Below, piece after piece: positions 35,335-45,766 of a DNA stretch of 64,000 bases. This DNA comes from Proteromonas lacertae (Eukaryota): assembly GCA_002245135.1 (NCBI GenBank), contig NGBS01000036.1, positions 1 to 64,000 on the forward strand, written 5' to 3'. Made by a program: the position numbers and the translations under genes. Within the stretch, counting starts at the first letter, position 1. Every line of letters starts with the position of its first letter. Under the pieces are notes generated by a model, which ran no database searches, was not told the origin of the DNA, and saw nothing but the letters and a program-made list of their open reading frames with translations.

Positions 35335-35685
35335 ATTCTTTGTATTTTTTGCTATTATATATATTATTAAATTTTTATGGGTCTAATCAATAAAGTTATT
35401 GTTTGTTTAGCAATACAAATGTTTGAGGTTTGTTTAAAAAAAATAATATCTCACGATCCATTGACATAATGAATAATCTGATGTGTTTCTTGTTATATGA
35501 CATATCATGAGCAATCGATTGATATAGTTAGATTTCATATATGTTTCATAATCAAAGATGATTTAGATTATTGCCTGAAATGAGATATTGATATAATTGA
35601 GATGGGTATATACCCTAGTTAGTATATATAAATTATAGTTAGCTAAAGTCTATTCATTCTTTATAAAAAGTACATATATAGTATA

Positions 35686-35841
35686 TAAATGGGACTATGG
35701 GACAATGTCACAGAGTTCTAACGAGTTTTCTAGGGGTCCGTCCCTTTCTAGCTCCCTTAAAGGTCAACTCTGAATCTAGAAAGGGACGGAATCCTAGAAA
35801 ACTCGTTAGAACTCTGTGACATTGTCCCATAGTCCCATTTA
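35686..35841. repeat. Long hairpin (66-bp stem, 24-nt loop) at the left end of the nested element
   Basis: 35686-35751 pairs with 35776-35841 with few mismatches. Confidence 0.95.
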
Positions 35842-36259
35842 CGTAAGGTTCCTACGGGATTCCTCTCAACAGGGTCTACTTCTCAACAGAGTCTTCTTCC
35901 CTACGGGAACTCCTGTAAGCTATTTCTATACCTATCTATGAGACGATCTCCTACGGGTACTCCTGGAAGCTAGCTAGAAGTGTTGGTTACCTCGAGGTGA
36001 TGGTAATGAAGAAGCAGTGATCTCTTTCGGAGTATGGGTAAGAACGTCTCAGAGGAAGCTTCCTCACCAAGGACGATGTTGTGGAGCAATATCGGACTTG
36101 GATAGGAAGGTTCCGTCGTAGACGTTCTTGTCCATGCCAGGAAGGAGAACTGCTTTCTTCATTACCAGGATCATTGAGAAGGTACTTTCATTTGATCATC
36201 TTCACATCACGTGAGCTGGAAGTAATGGTAATCTCAACTCTGTTGGGATATGCTGTAAA

Positions 36260-38413
36260 TCATCCCCTATACGTTCCTTGACCAGATACGGAGAGTTCTA
36301 CATTCATTACCTTAGCTATTACCACATCCTGACTATTAAGGATGTAGTTCCACATTGAAGTCAAGGTCTCATTCATCTGATTAGCTACCGTGGTAATCTC
36401 CGATGATCCATCTCCTTGAGATGCCAGGCTTTCTACTGATGTCTTCAACTCCGTTAACTTCTTCTGGACGTCCTGAACATTGCTATCGACTGAGTTGATC
36501 TTACTTAATTGAGCTGCATTGGTAAAATTGTTTACTTGAGTCACAGTCAGGTTGTTGAGGTTGTTGACTTTGCCATGGACTTCAATGACTCTTGTCTGGC
36601 AGTCTCCTATCTTTGAATGTACTTCATTGACCTTGGTTAATTGAGCTGGTGAACAGAAGCTATTGACATTCCCGGTATTGAATCCATCGATCTTGGTTCT
36701 GATAGCAGCTGCATTGTTGATAGCTGTATCGATCAGTCCTTTACGAGTATTGTTAAAGAAGCCATCCAAGTTCCTTCGGAGGTTGTCTTCTTCAGTCCTT
36801 CTAGCCACGCCACAGGTTGCATTCACATCATTGATACTTAGAGAATCCACCTTGATCTTGATTGCATCGGTGTTGGCCTTAGTTGTATCAATGAAGTTAC
36901 CTCGGCTTTCAGTACAGAACTGGTTAATACTCTCCTTGTTGAGGTCATGGACACGTTCATAACACTTATCTATCTTCTCTGATCGATCCGAAGTACAGAA
37001 GTGCTTCACAGCAGTGTTGGTCTCATCGATAGCAGCACTTCTCGGGATAGTACAAAACTCCTTGATCGCGTTGTCAGCATCGTCGATCTCCTTAGTTCTC
37101 TTATCGGTAATGAATCCTTTGATCAGTTCCTCAATACTCTTGACAATGGTAAGTCTCTCCAAGGAGCAGTAGTTGTTAATGTCTTCGATGGCTATGCCGG
37201 TGATCAGCTCATGGACTTTATCAATCTTCTCCTTCTGTGAGCTACTACAATACTGGTTGATATTATCGATATCTATCTTACTTACAATATCCTTGGTCTT
37301 GTCAATAGTGGTAGATCTCTCCTCAGTGCAGAAGGTATTTGTCTTGTCAGCTTCTCCATTCAACCCGGCGATCTCTTCCTCCATAGCATTCATCTGGTTC
37401 TTAAAGTCCTTGTTGTAACCATTGGCAATCTCAATCTCTTGTAAGACCTCCTTGAATTTAATCATGTTGTTGTTAATCACAGTATTGATTGCCTTGTACT
37501 CCTCGTAGTTGTTCTTCATCTTGATCAACTCCTCGGAATCTACTTTGATCTGCTTCTCTAAGTCACTGAGCTTCGTAAGGCTCTTATCATCCACCGTAGT
37601 GATGTACTTGATCATATCATAGACGTTAACATCCCCGATGTTGAGACTCTCACATAATGACTTCAACAAGGTACTTAGACGATCCAATTTCTCATCCTCT
37701 GATCCCTTCAATTGATCGATTGAAGTATTGGTGGATTCAAGGGCATTGCTTACATCCTCCATGCTCTTATACAACTCTGGTAATTGCTTCTCCGTGTACT
37801 GCTTAAGTTCATTGCTGCAAGTAGCAATATTGCTCAAGGTTGTAATAGTCGTATCTCCGAAGTCTTTAGGGATCTTGTTGTTAAGCAAAGTACCTAGGTT
37901 TTTAACTTCCTGGAGCTTCTGATCGATACCTTCAATCTTATCAGTCTCATCTAGCACTTCCTTTAAGGTCGATTGAATAGCTTTATGATCTGGTTGTAAG
38001 GTACCTTGAAGGTACTCATGGAGTTGTTGATGATCAGTCTCTAGCTTAGCCAACTTCGTAGATGACTCCTCCGAGTGATCATCCAACTTTCTCTTGATAG
38101 CTGTTGTGGATGAGGTTACTTCTTCTTGTTGCTTCTGATTGATACTGACAGGTGTTCCTCGGAGGACTTCTTGGATAGTGCTTACCAATGGAGGATTGAT
38201 CTTATCATAGTCTATCACGGCCTTGAGTTCACCAGAACCCAAGGCCTTTTGAATCACTTCCTGGGAGTCTTGAAACAACACGTCCTTATCATACTTAACA
38301 ACAACCTTCCCATCTATCTTTTGCTTCACATCGTAAGTAGTCTTGTCGATAGTATTAAGTAACCTTAACATTTCCTCATCGTTCTCCCGTAAGTTGTTCC
38401 CGGTGTTGAACAT
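36260..38413 (-). CDS. 717-aa coiled-coil repeat protein, putative long fibre
   Basis: Heptads plus repeated IN.FC...R...ID units; the frame continues past the TGA as FTAYPNRVEITI, resembling YGYYPSYLEINI in 29093-30214. Confidence 0.7.
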   Translation of the reverse strand: MFNTGNNLRENDEEMLRLLNTIDKTTYDVKQKIDGKVVVKYDKDVLFQDSQEVIQKALGSGELKAVIDYDKINPPLVSTIQEVLRGTPVSINQKQQEEVTSSTTAIKRKLDDHSEESSTKLAKLETDHQQLHEYLQGTLQPDHKAIQSTLKEVLDETDKIEGIDQKLQEVKNLGTLLNNKIPKDFGDTTITTLSNIATCSNELKQYTEKQLPELYKSMEDVSNALESTNTSIDQLKGSEDEKLDRLSTLLKSLCESLNIGDVNVYDMIKYITTVDDKSLTKLSDLEKQIKVDSEELIKMKNNYEEYKAINTVINNNMIKFKEVLQEIEIANGYNKDFKNQMNAMEEEIAGLNGEADKTNTFCTEERSTTIDKTKDIVSKIDIDNINQYCSSSQKEKIDKVHELITGIAIEDINNYCSLERLTIVKSIEELIKGFITDKRTKEIDDADNAIKEFCTIPRSAAIDETNTAVKHFCTSDRSEKIDKCYERVHDLNKESINQFCTESRGNFIDTTKANTDAIKIKVDSLSINDVNATCGVARRTEEDNLRRNLDGFFNNTRKGLIDTAINNAAAIRTKIDGFNTGNVNSFCSPAQLTKVNEVHSKIGDCQTRVIEVHGKVNNLNNLTVTQVNNFTNAAQLSKINSVDSNVQDVQKKLTELKTSVESLASQGDGSSEITTVANQMNETLTSMWNYILNSQDVVIAKVMNVELSVSGQGTYRG

Positions 38414-39626
38414 TGCCTAGGTAATGATTCCAAATCAGAACTTTACTTATAGATCCAGGAGCTACTTTACTTAGATGACTTCTCAGGTATCTCTTATATC
38501 ATAACATGTCCTGGCCTTCAACAGCTTTGCCCACCTCCCGAGAAGCACCTTTTTAACTCTATCCACACGATGAACTTCAACTCCTTACTATTACTAGCTG
38601 ATGGATGTAGATGACTTTATCGGTCTTTGTAATGAGTTGCGTGATCTCTATGCTGTGAACTTCATAGTCTCGATCATCATCTACCATCTTAACTTACAAT
38701 GCTTCTATTCCGATAAGACTTATACGATAGTCAGAAGCCTCCTTTGAAGTTCAACTACTCTCCGTAGACTTCACTTGCACATTTGACTTCCAAGGATCTA
38801 CTAATCGTCTCTCTATTCCAGATGCTCCTTTACCTTCTTGGACTTCTCGGACTTGGCAGGCATTACCTATGAAGTACTTTGTCTTCACTCTTGGTTCTAG
38901 CAGTCTATGATCACTGCTATGGTAAGTACCTTGAGACTGACTGCTGAAGTTAGAGTTGATCTCATCCTTAACATCTCTTGAAGAACTACTTGTGATCTTT
39001 ACCGATACCTATTTCTTGAACTGATGGTAACCCTTCAAGTGACAATTCCTTCTAGTTCTAGTTCATCGAAGTTGTTGATCCTCAGTAATGTACTAGCCTT
39101 CAGTCTGATCACTACTAGTCTCGGTATTGTTGAAGTCAGTGTCTTTACCTATCTACTGATAATCACCTTACGATCGATAGCTTATAGACTCTTGGACATC
39201 TATGCCAGTGTTGCTACTTGAGGAGTATACGATATCTCTGGTCTGCTTACTAACTTACTAGTAATGATTCCTAGCATCACAAGTATGGACTACTCAGGTA
39301 AAGGATTATCGATCACACTTCCTATAGTCTGCAATTGTAACTCTTTATGTACCTACAATTACTTCATGATCTTCAGAGTCATTGATCCAAGGATGTTATC
39401 TCGGGGTTGTTGATGTCCTTACTATCATTGACTTATCCGAGACTCCTTTAGTTTATTTGATTGATTACTTACCATGTCCTTGAGTTGCTCATCTCCGTAA
39501 GACTCCTTGAATTGATTATTTCTATTGTCCTCGGTCATACCCAAGGTAATATTTTACTAAGTACCAACAATGTTAATCACGTTCCTTATCAGGAGATGCG
39601 TTTACTACTACTACTACTTGTGGAAG

Positions 39627-40406
39627 TTATGATGACTTTGCCTGGTAAGGAGTTGCTTCAGAAGCTAGCTTCAGATGCTTCGCTGGAGGATCACTTGAAG
39701 CACCTAGCGATGGTACTGAGGGTGTTGTTATCGGTCTCTTCTTCGGAGGATTACTAAGCTGTTTTTGTCTCCTTATTGATTCTATCCTGAGTAGGAGATG
39801 GTCTTCATATTGTCTTAAGCGATGATACAGACTCAAGAGACAGCACATCGGAAGTGACTTTACCTTTAGATCTACGTGAAAGTTGATGTGTCCATCTTTG
39901 ATAGATAAAACTATCTTGGCCTGGCAAGACTTCTCTTTGAGGTGAACAGCATCACATGGAAATGAAATAATCTTATCGAACATCCCATCATGGTCGATTA
40001 GATCATTGTTGTCCTTGATTGTCTTAAGAATCTCATGTATACTGTGTTGCATAAGCTGATTAATTATATCCCTTGTTTTATCACTGGAGTTGATGGAGAT
40101 TCCTGGTTGTTGATTCTTAGTAGGTTTCCCAGATCTGCATCTTGGACAACATCGATAGTAGTCTCCATTGGGCTTTAACATCATCGATGAAGCGAAGTGC
40201 ATATGGCATCTACTGCAGGACATAGCCTTGGCTATGAGTTCACTGTTCTCTTCCAAGGCTTTACGTTCCTCATGGCATCTGGCTATTGTCTTCTGCTTTG
40301 CCTTTCGCAAGAGAGCTCTACAAGAACTACAACAGCTGTATGCTCTTCCATCAGCTTCAGATTGGAACTCCTTCTTACATCGACTACATTTGACGATGGA
40401 TTGCAT
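39627..40406 (-). CDS. Double CxxC..CxxC zinc-ribbon protein
   Basis: CSRC...CSSCR and CSRC...CPRCR. Confidence 0.7.
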   Translation of the reverse strand: MQSIVKCSRCKKEFQSEADGRAYSCCSSCRALLRKAKQKTIARCHEERKALEENSELIAKAMSCSRCHMHFASSMMLKPNGDYYRCCPRCRSGKPTKNQQPGISINSSDKTRDIINQLMQHSIHEILKTIKDNNDLIDHDGMFDKIISFPCDAVHLKEKSCQAKIVLSIKDGHINFHVDLKVKSLPMCCLLSLYHRLRQYEDHLLLRIESIRRQKQLSNPPKKRPITTPSVPSLGASSDPPAKHLKLASEATPYQAKSS

Positions 40407-40891
40407 GGTTACCAATTAAGTATAAAAATAACTAGAAATATCTTAATGCCTTGAGTGACTGTAATAATAGACTGGTTACTACATATTGATGTCATGGTTA
40501 TTAGGTACTTGTTTATTAGCTTTACTTCTATGAGTTCTTATTCATATCTAGCAACTAAGTCCAGGATCTATTTTCTATGTCCCTATTTTTAAACCTTCCT
40601 TACGATGTCCTTAAGTCAGGTCAGTTCAATTTTTCTTGGCCTTATCAGAGTTGTGAATGCACCTCCAACTCCTAGGCTTCTTATAGTAGGTGTCACTCAA
40701 TGCTTCCTAAGCTCCTGCTGTTGATCTCATTCCAGTGTTAGGGTATCTGGTACTGTACTTTATAGTGAACTGTTGATTACAGATTCATCTCTATTCAATT
40801 TTTTCTTTGCAGTTTGGATCTCTAATGTGGTTGATGATGGTTTTGATGGATACTAGAAGGCCATGTAGGCTGTGGTATGGATTTTATGCCG

Positions 40892-40963
40892 TATCAGCGG
40901 TGGGGTTCGAACCCGGAGGGGATGGGATGTTGGTACCTGGTCTGCCCACTAGGGCATCTTGAC
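40892..40963 (-). ncRNA. tRNA-Leu-like pseudo-tRNA / Pol III promoter element
   Basis: 5' GTCAAGATGCCCTAGTGG (A box-like) and 3' GGGTTCGAACCCCACCGCTGATA (B box); no recognisable anticodon arm. Confidence 0.45.
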
Positions 40964-41843
40964 CTTGCTTATGGATTGCTGATCCTAGTATATGTATTGT
41001 TCAGCTACAGTATTTAGTGAATAGCTTCAGAATGATTTCTATTCAATCTCCATAGGACAGATGATGGGGAATTGACCTTAAGAAATTGCTCATTAGCTTA
41101 CCTCCAGTAACATCTCTAACAAGTGCTCAGGTAAGTTCCTACTTATCCTAGGCTTCCCAATCACGGTATCCACGTTTCTACTATTGCTTGGATGATGATG
41201 CTGTCCTCTGGAATGAACTTTACCTTCAGGAATAAATAAACTAAACTGGTATGCAAGGAGCTTCCTAGTAGATGACTTACAAGGTCAATGGAAGATACCT
41301 ACAGAACCCTCCCCGAGATTGTTTATCACGATCTTCAAGGCCTTTGAGAAATTCAGAACTAGCTGGAGCCTCTTGAATTCAAGTCTTAGAAGGACAATGA
41401 AACTTACCTATGCAATGATCCTGTGGATGTTCCTTGACTTTGTAATGAAGTCTCTCTTGATGGAAGTTCCATGACTGTGTCAGGAGGTTCCTCCTTGAGT
41501 TACAGCTCAAGGAGGAACATCCCTTCCTTGCTAGGATAGATGATAATTGAACTTACCTAGAAGAGTTATAAAGCCATTCTAACTTACCTCTTGGAAGCTC
41601 CCAAGATTGCTTATCATTATCTTCAAGGCCCATCCAGAAGTACCATCAAGGCACCTTCCCAGATACGTCCAGCCGTGCATGACTGCGTCAGGGAATCTCC
41701 CATCGTGGGAGATTCCCTTCCTTGCCAACACGGCTGTTCTTCTCTGGAAGGTCTTGGATGAACTTATCTAGGAGAGCTATAAGGATGATAAAACATACCT
41801 TCAGAAGCCTTCCGAGATTGCTAATCATTTGGTAACTTGTTAC

Positions 41844-41903
41844 CAATTGTTAACTTGTTACCAATTGTTAACTAGTTAACAATTGGTAACAAGTTAACAA
41901 TTG
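41844..41903. repeat. Perfect 60-bp palindrome built from 18-bp units
   Basis: CAATTGTTAACTTGTTACCAATTGTTAACT followed by its exact reverse complement. Confidence 0.95.
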
Positions 41904-42479
41904 TAAACTCCCGGTTCCACGATTGGTTTCCACGGTTCAATTAAAAGCCCTTACAAGGTCACCAGCGTAGCAAGGAGAGTCAAGAGCATGATTAGAATCA
42001 TCACCTCGAGGTAACCAACACTTCTAGATAGCTTCCAGGAGTACCCGTAGGAGATCGTCTCATAGGTACAATGTGACAGAGTCCCATTTATATACTATAT
42101 AAGTACATAATTAATACACTTGTATTTAATGTATTTTTTTAATTAATTTATATATAGAATTATGGCACGTATAATCTTGAAACAAGAGATTATCTACAGA
42201 GTGAAGATTAAATACTATCACGATGACCCTGAGTTTGATATAGTAGTATACAATTTGAATGATATCATGAAAAGACAAAGAGAACTAAGCAGATATAAGT
42301 ATATTCCTAATTTATATTATTCATAGGTGGAAAAGAAACTGCTACTATCCAAATATGAATACAATGATCAGCCATTTTAAAACATTTTGGATCTGTATTG
42401 TTTTAACTATTTACCATCAAATCCAAAGTCAATTGTATATTTATAAATATTATATTATTTTTTATAGATAGACAGAAAA

Positions 42480-43028
42480 TTGGAATATATATACTGCTCA
42501 TTAAAGTCACTAACTGAAGAAAACATAACTGAGTGGGGAGATGAAGACAAATGTCAAGATTACCCATACGAGATGGATGATAACAACAACAATGTTATTG
42601 GAATTATTTATAGTAATGATAGTGATGATGATCTAGAAGAAATACCTGAATCTGAAACAGAATTAGCAAAATGCGAAAAAGAAGAAAACAAGAATTCGAA
42701 AGGAGATATAGTTTACAGAAGTACTGCTGAAAGTATGGTAAGTAGTACAGTCTCTGTAGCATCGTTGTTTGATAATCTGGATGATGATGATTATAATGAT
42801 GATGATGACAACAACAACAAGTTGTTAAAGGTGGTATCCACAAAAAGAAAGTGCAGTACATCTAAAACTCCAAGATTCAAAAGAAAGAAAATAAATCAAA
42901 AAAACATTTCAACCAAAAACCAAAAACAAGAAGATAGTACTACAGAAGAAGATGATGATAATAACTTCTCACAATTTATAGTAGATGATGATGATGATGA
43001 GGAGCCAGAGTACCAAAATGATTATTAA
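42480..43028 (+). CDS. Acidic protein running into the right TIR of element 2
   Basis: 182 aa; C-terminus shared with 23709-24035. Confidence 0.6.
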   Translation: MEYIYCSLKSLTEENITEWGDEDKCQDYPYEMDDNNNNVIGIIYSNDSDDDLEEIPESETELAKCEKEENKNSKGDIVYRSTAESMVSSTVSVASLFDNLDDDDYNDDDDNNNKLLKVVSTKRKCSTSKTPRFKRKKINQKNISTKNQKQEDSTTEEDDDNNFSQFIVDDDDDEEPEYQNDY

Positions 43029-43253
43029 TCTCTGGTCCTAATTGGTTCAAATGATAGATTGTGTTTGTGTGAGTGTTGTTTTCATAATTTACATAATTAA
43101 TTAGCATTATAACAAGTCTTATAAGAAATATCAATAATAGAAAAATAGATGCGTTTCGAGATTTGACTTGAACTCCATTTTTTTTGTTTTGTTTTTTAAA
43201 CATAGGATGGTCACTATATGGTGTCATATCACACAGTATGGCGGCCATCCTAT
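42785..43253 (-). repeat. Right inverted-repeat arm of element 2
   Basis: Reverse complement of 23486-23945. Confidence 0.9.
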
Positions 43254-43932
43254 TGAGATTGTTTTTATTGAATTAATTTTTGAAATTATATGTCATTCAC
43301 TTTCTATAATTTGAACTAACAACATAAATAGATTCATCATAAGATGAGGATTCAAATGGAATAATTATTTTTGTTTAAATTCAAACAGAAAAGCGAAAAA
43401 ATAATGTAAGCTTGAATTATGGTTTGATTATGAAACGGACAAAAAACACATAGGGGGAAATGACTCATGAGTCATTTCCCCCTAATACTCATTATTATTC
43501 AACTCTCTTCACCAATTGGTAATGCTAAACCCCTCACAATCACATATTGCTCTCTCACTATGCTCCAAAACATTTAAATTAGCTTTATATGTATGCACAT
43601 CCATTTTCTCTACATCTTTCTCATTGAATAGACATACTGGTTTTACAGCATCTTCAATCGGCAATGCTCTTTCTAATTCAGTGAAATCTAGAGGTTTAAC
43701 AATACTTTTAGGTGAGTCAGTATGTTGTAATGGTGGTATAGCGTTCATGATAAGCAAAAAAAAATAATTAAAAAAAATAAAGTAATTACATTTAATCACT
43801 TAACACTTAAAAATTTTCTAAATCTTCTTCTTTATCAAGGTTTTTTGAATCGTCACATTGCATGTTTGACTTGACCAAATGCTTATGTTTTTATTGTGGT
43901 ACTAATTCATCTAATGATTCAGATATAGTACT

Positions 43933-44325
43933 TTATAATTTTCTTTTAGTGGTGTGGATCACACTATCTTGTGTTACAATATCATAATCATCGTACCATG
44001 TGTCATTTTCATCCTCATCATTGAACTCAGCATCATATTCTACATCATCATCAATGAAATCCTTTAAATTACCATTACTATCAACATCACTTGCATTTGG
44101 ATCATCTTCAGGATCATAGTCATCAGAGTCATCGTCAGTACATTCTGCTTCTCCATACAAGTACTTATACACATTATCAATCATATCCCTTTCTCTTTTT
44201 CTTTTTTGACTGAATCGCATTTTCTTATCTTCTAAATTTTCTTTCTTTTGGTCTTGATCATTTGATTTACCCATTATGCCTATAACGTGTATGGTATTAT
44301 GGTTGTTTGAATCCATAGAACACAA
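43933..44325 (-). CDS. Acidic protein, paralog of 26733-27197 with divergent C-terminus
   Basis: Identical up to GNLKDFI. Confidence 0.6.
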   Translation of the reverse strand: MCSMDSNNHNTIHVIGIMGKSNDQDQKKENLEDKKMRFSQKRKRERDMIDNVYKYLYGEAECTDDDSDDYDPEDDPNASDVDSNGNLKDFIDDDVEYDAEFNDEDENDTWYDDYDIVTQDSVIHTTKRKL

Positions 44326-44384
44326 TATACAAAAAATAATAAAATGAAACGAATATATTTCAAATATTGATATTATGTTAATTA

Positions 44385-44744
44385 TTAACCTATTAATGTC
44401 ATATTTTGTCTAGCATATTGCACAGGATTTAAATTCTGTACTGGGTATGGTTGTTGTTGTTGTATTGGTGTTTGATTTCTCTCCATTAACACTTCATCTG
44501 TCAATTTATTTAATATAGCTTGTGCTTCCTTGAATGTCCATGGATTAATACTCTTTAACATCTGTTGTGCCTCTGGAGGTAATATTTCGAGTGTTTTCAG
44601 TACTTGAGTTTGTTGATCATTTTGTACCGATTGTTGCGATTGTTGATTCGGTTGTGGCTGTGGTAGATATTGAGGGTGTTGACCATCTTGTTGATATGCA
44701 ACACCACTATTAAAAGTTATTTGAGGTATTGGACCAGCTGACAT
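44385..44744 (-). CDS. Gln-rich protein, paralog of 26314-26673
   Basis: Identical translation. Confidence 0.65.
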   Translation of the reverse strand: MSAGPIPQITFNSGVAYQQDGQHPQYLPQPQPNQQSQQSVQNDQQTQVLKTLEILPPEAQQMLKSINPWTFKEAQAILNKLTDEVLMERNQTPIQQQQPYPVQNLNPVQYARQNMTLIG

Positions 44745-44818
44745 ATTAAAAACGGCTATAATGACAATATTGATATTATTGACTATATTATCACTCAAAA
44801 ATATAATTATTTCAAATT

Positions 44819-45325
44819 ATGGTTAAAAGAAGTTCAAAAGCGAAATATCGTAAGTATATCATAGGTAAAGGTAAGTTCTGGGATGGAGTAAAGAATTTCT
44901 TTAAGAAAACAAAAATTTTATCAACAGCAGCTAGTTTAATCCCAGGTGTAGGTCCAGCCTTAGGTAATGTTGTATCCAATGTAGGATATGGTAGAAAACG
45001 TAGAAGAAGAGGTGGACAAGCAGAATGGAATTATGATGGTGGTATAAGTGGTGCTGGTTCAATGTGGAATAAAATTAAAAAATTAGGTCTCAATAGAGTA
45101 CCAAAGGAAGTAAAAAGTGTAATTAGTGGTGGTCCAGGCAGTATGCCCTATTTAAAAAATGGTGGAATGGCTAATCCATTTGCTGTAAAGAATTGGACAA
45201 AAGGTGGTCCAAGTACTATACCGAAATTTTTGTTAGCAAAGAAAAAGACTGGTTCTGGTAAAAGACGTAAAAGTAGTAATAGTCTCGATAATCGATATAT
45301 TGACAATAAGATTAGAGTTTTCTAG
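44819..45325 (+). CDS. pVI/pX-like core protein, paralog of 25733-26239
   Basis: One amino-acid difference (SFW vs SMW). Confidence 0.65.
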   Translation: MVKRSSKAKYRKYIIGKGKFWDGVKNFFKKTKILSTAASLIPGVGPALGNVVSNVGYGRKRRRRGGQAEWNYDGGISGAGSMWNKIKKLGLNRVPKEVKSVISGGPGSMPYLKNGGMANPFAVKNWTKGGPSTIPKFLLAKKKTGSGKRRKSSNSLDNRYIDNKIRVF

Positions 45326-45383
45326 TCTAATTTTAATTTTTTTATTTTAATCATATTTCTTTATTTTCATTCGAAATAACATA

Positions 45384-45677
45384 ATGCCAAAAGGTGGTAG
45401 AAGATGTAGATGCGTTTATGGAAGAATGGGTGGTTCATTTTGGGGCAAGTTAAAAAATTGGGGTTCCAAAGCATTTAACTGGGCAAAGGATCATAAAATA
45501 GCATCCAAAATAGCTAGGGAATTTGGAAAGAACGATATCGCAGATGGATTATCAACAATGGGATTTGGTCGTAGAAGACGTAGGTCAGGAAGAGGTAGAT
45601 TACCATTCAATGGAGGTGGGAGTAATCAACAAGCATTATTGAACGCATATTTAAAATCAAAGGTGGCTCGAATGTAA
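45384..45677 (+). CDS. pVI/pX-like core protein, paralog of 25381-25674
   Basis: Two amino-acid differences. Confidence 0.65.
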   Translation: MPKGGRRCRCVYGRMGGSFWGKLKNWGSKAFNWAKDHKIASKIAREFGKNDIADGLSTMGFGRRRRRSGRGRLPFNGGGSNQQALLNAYLKSKVARM

Positions 45678-45766
45678 GCTTGACTTTTAATAATGCTAAT
45701 AATACTTATATTATTATTTTCATTGTTCTTTTGTTAATTTATTTTTTCATAACATAGAAATAAAAA

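Larger units (their letters stand above)
35675..42101. mobile_element. Nested 6.4 kb TIR element (satellite-like, visibly more GC-rich)
   Basis: TIR TATATAGTATATAAATGGGACT; TSD AGTACA at 35669-35674 and 42102-42107 (or 8-bp AAGTACAT); second inverted block about 35937-36001 / 41999-42065. Confidence 0.88.
23285..43499. mobile_element. Endogenous Polinton-like virus, element 2 (about 13.8 kb plus a 6.4 kb nested insert)
   Basis: Inverted termini AATAATAATGARTATTAGGGKGAAATG each followed by a hairpin; inverted repeat about 23486-23945 / 42785-43253; penton-MCP-ATPase-fibre cluster; no TSD found. Confidence 0.75.

Noticed and set aside
35675..42101. Alternative genetic code (TAR=Gln or TGA recoded) in the viral elements
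   Set aside because: Long ORFs are open under the standard code and all three stop codons end genes; sporadic nonsense mutation is simpler
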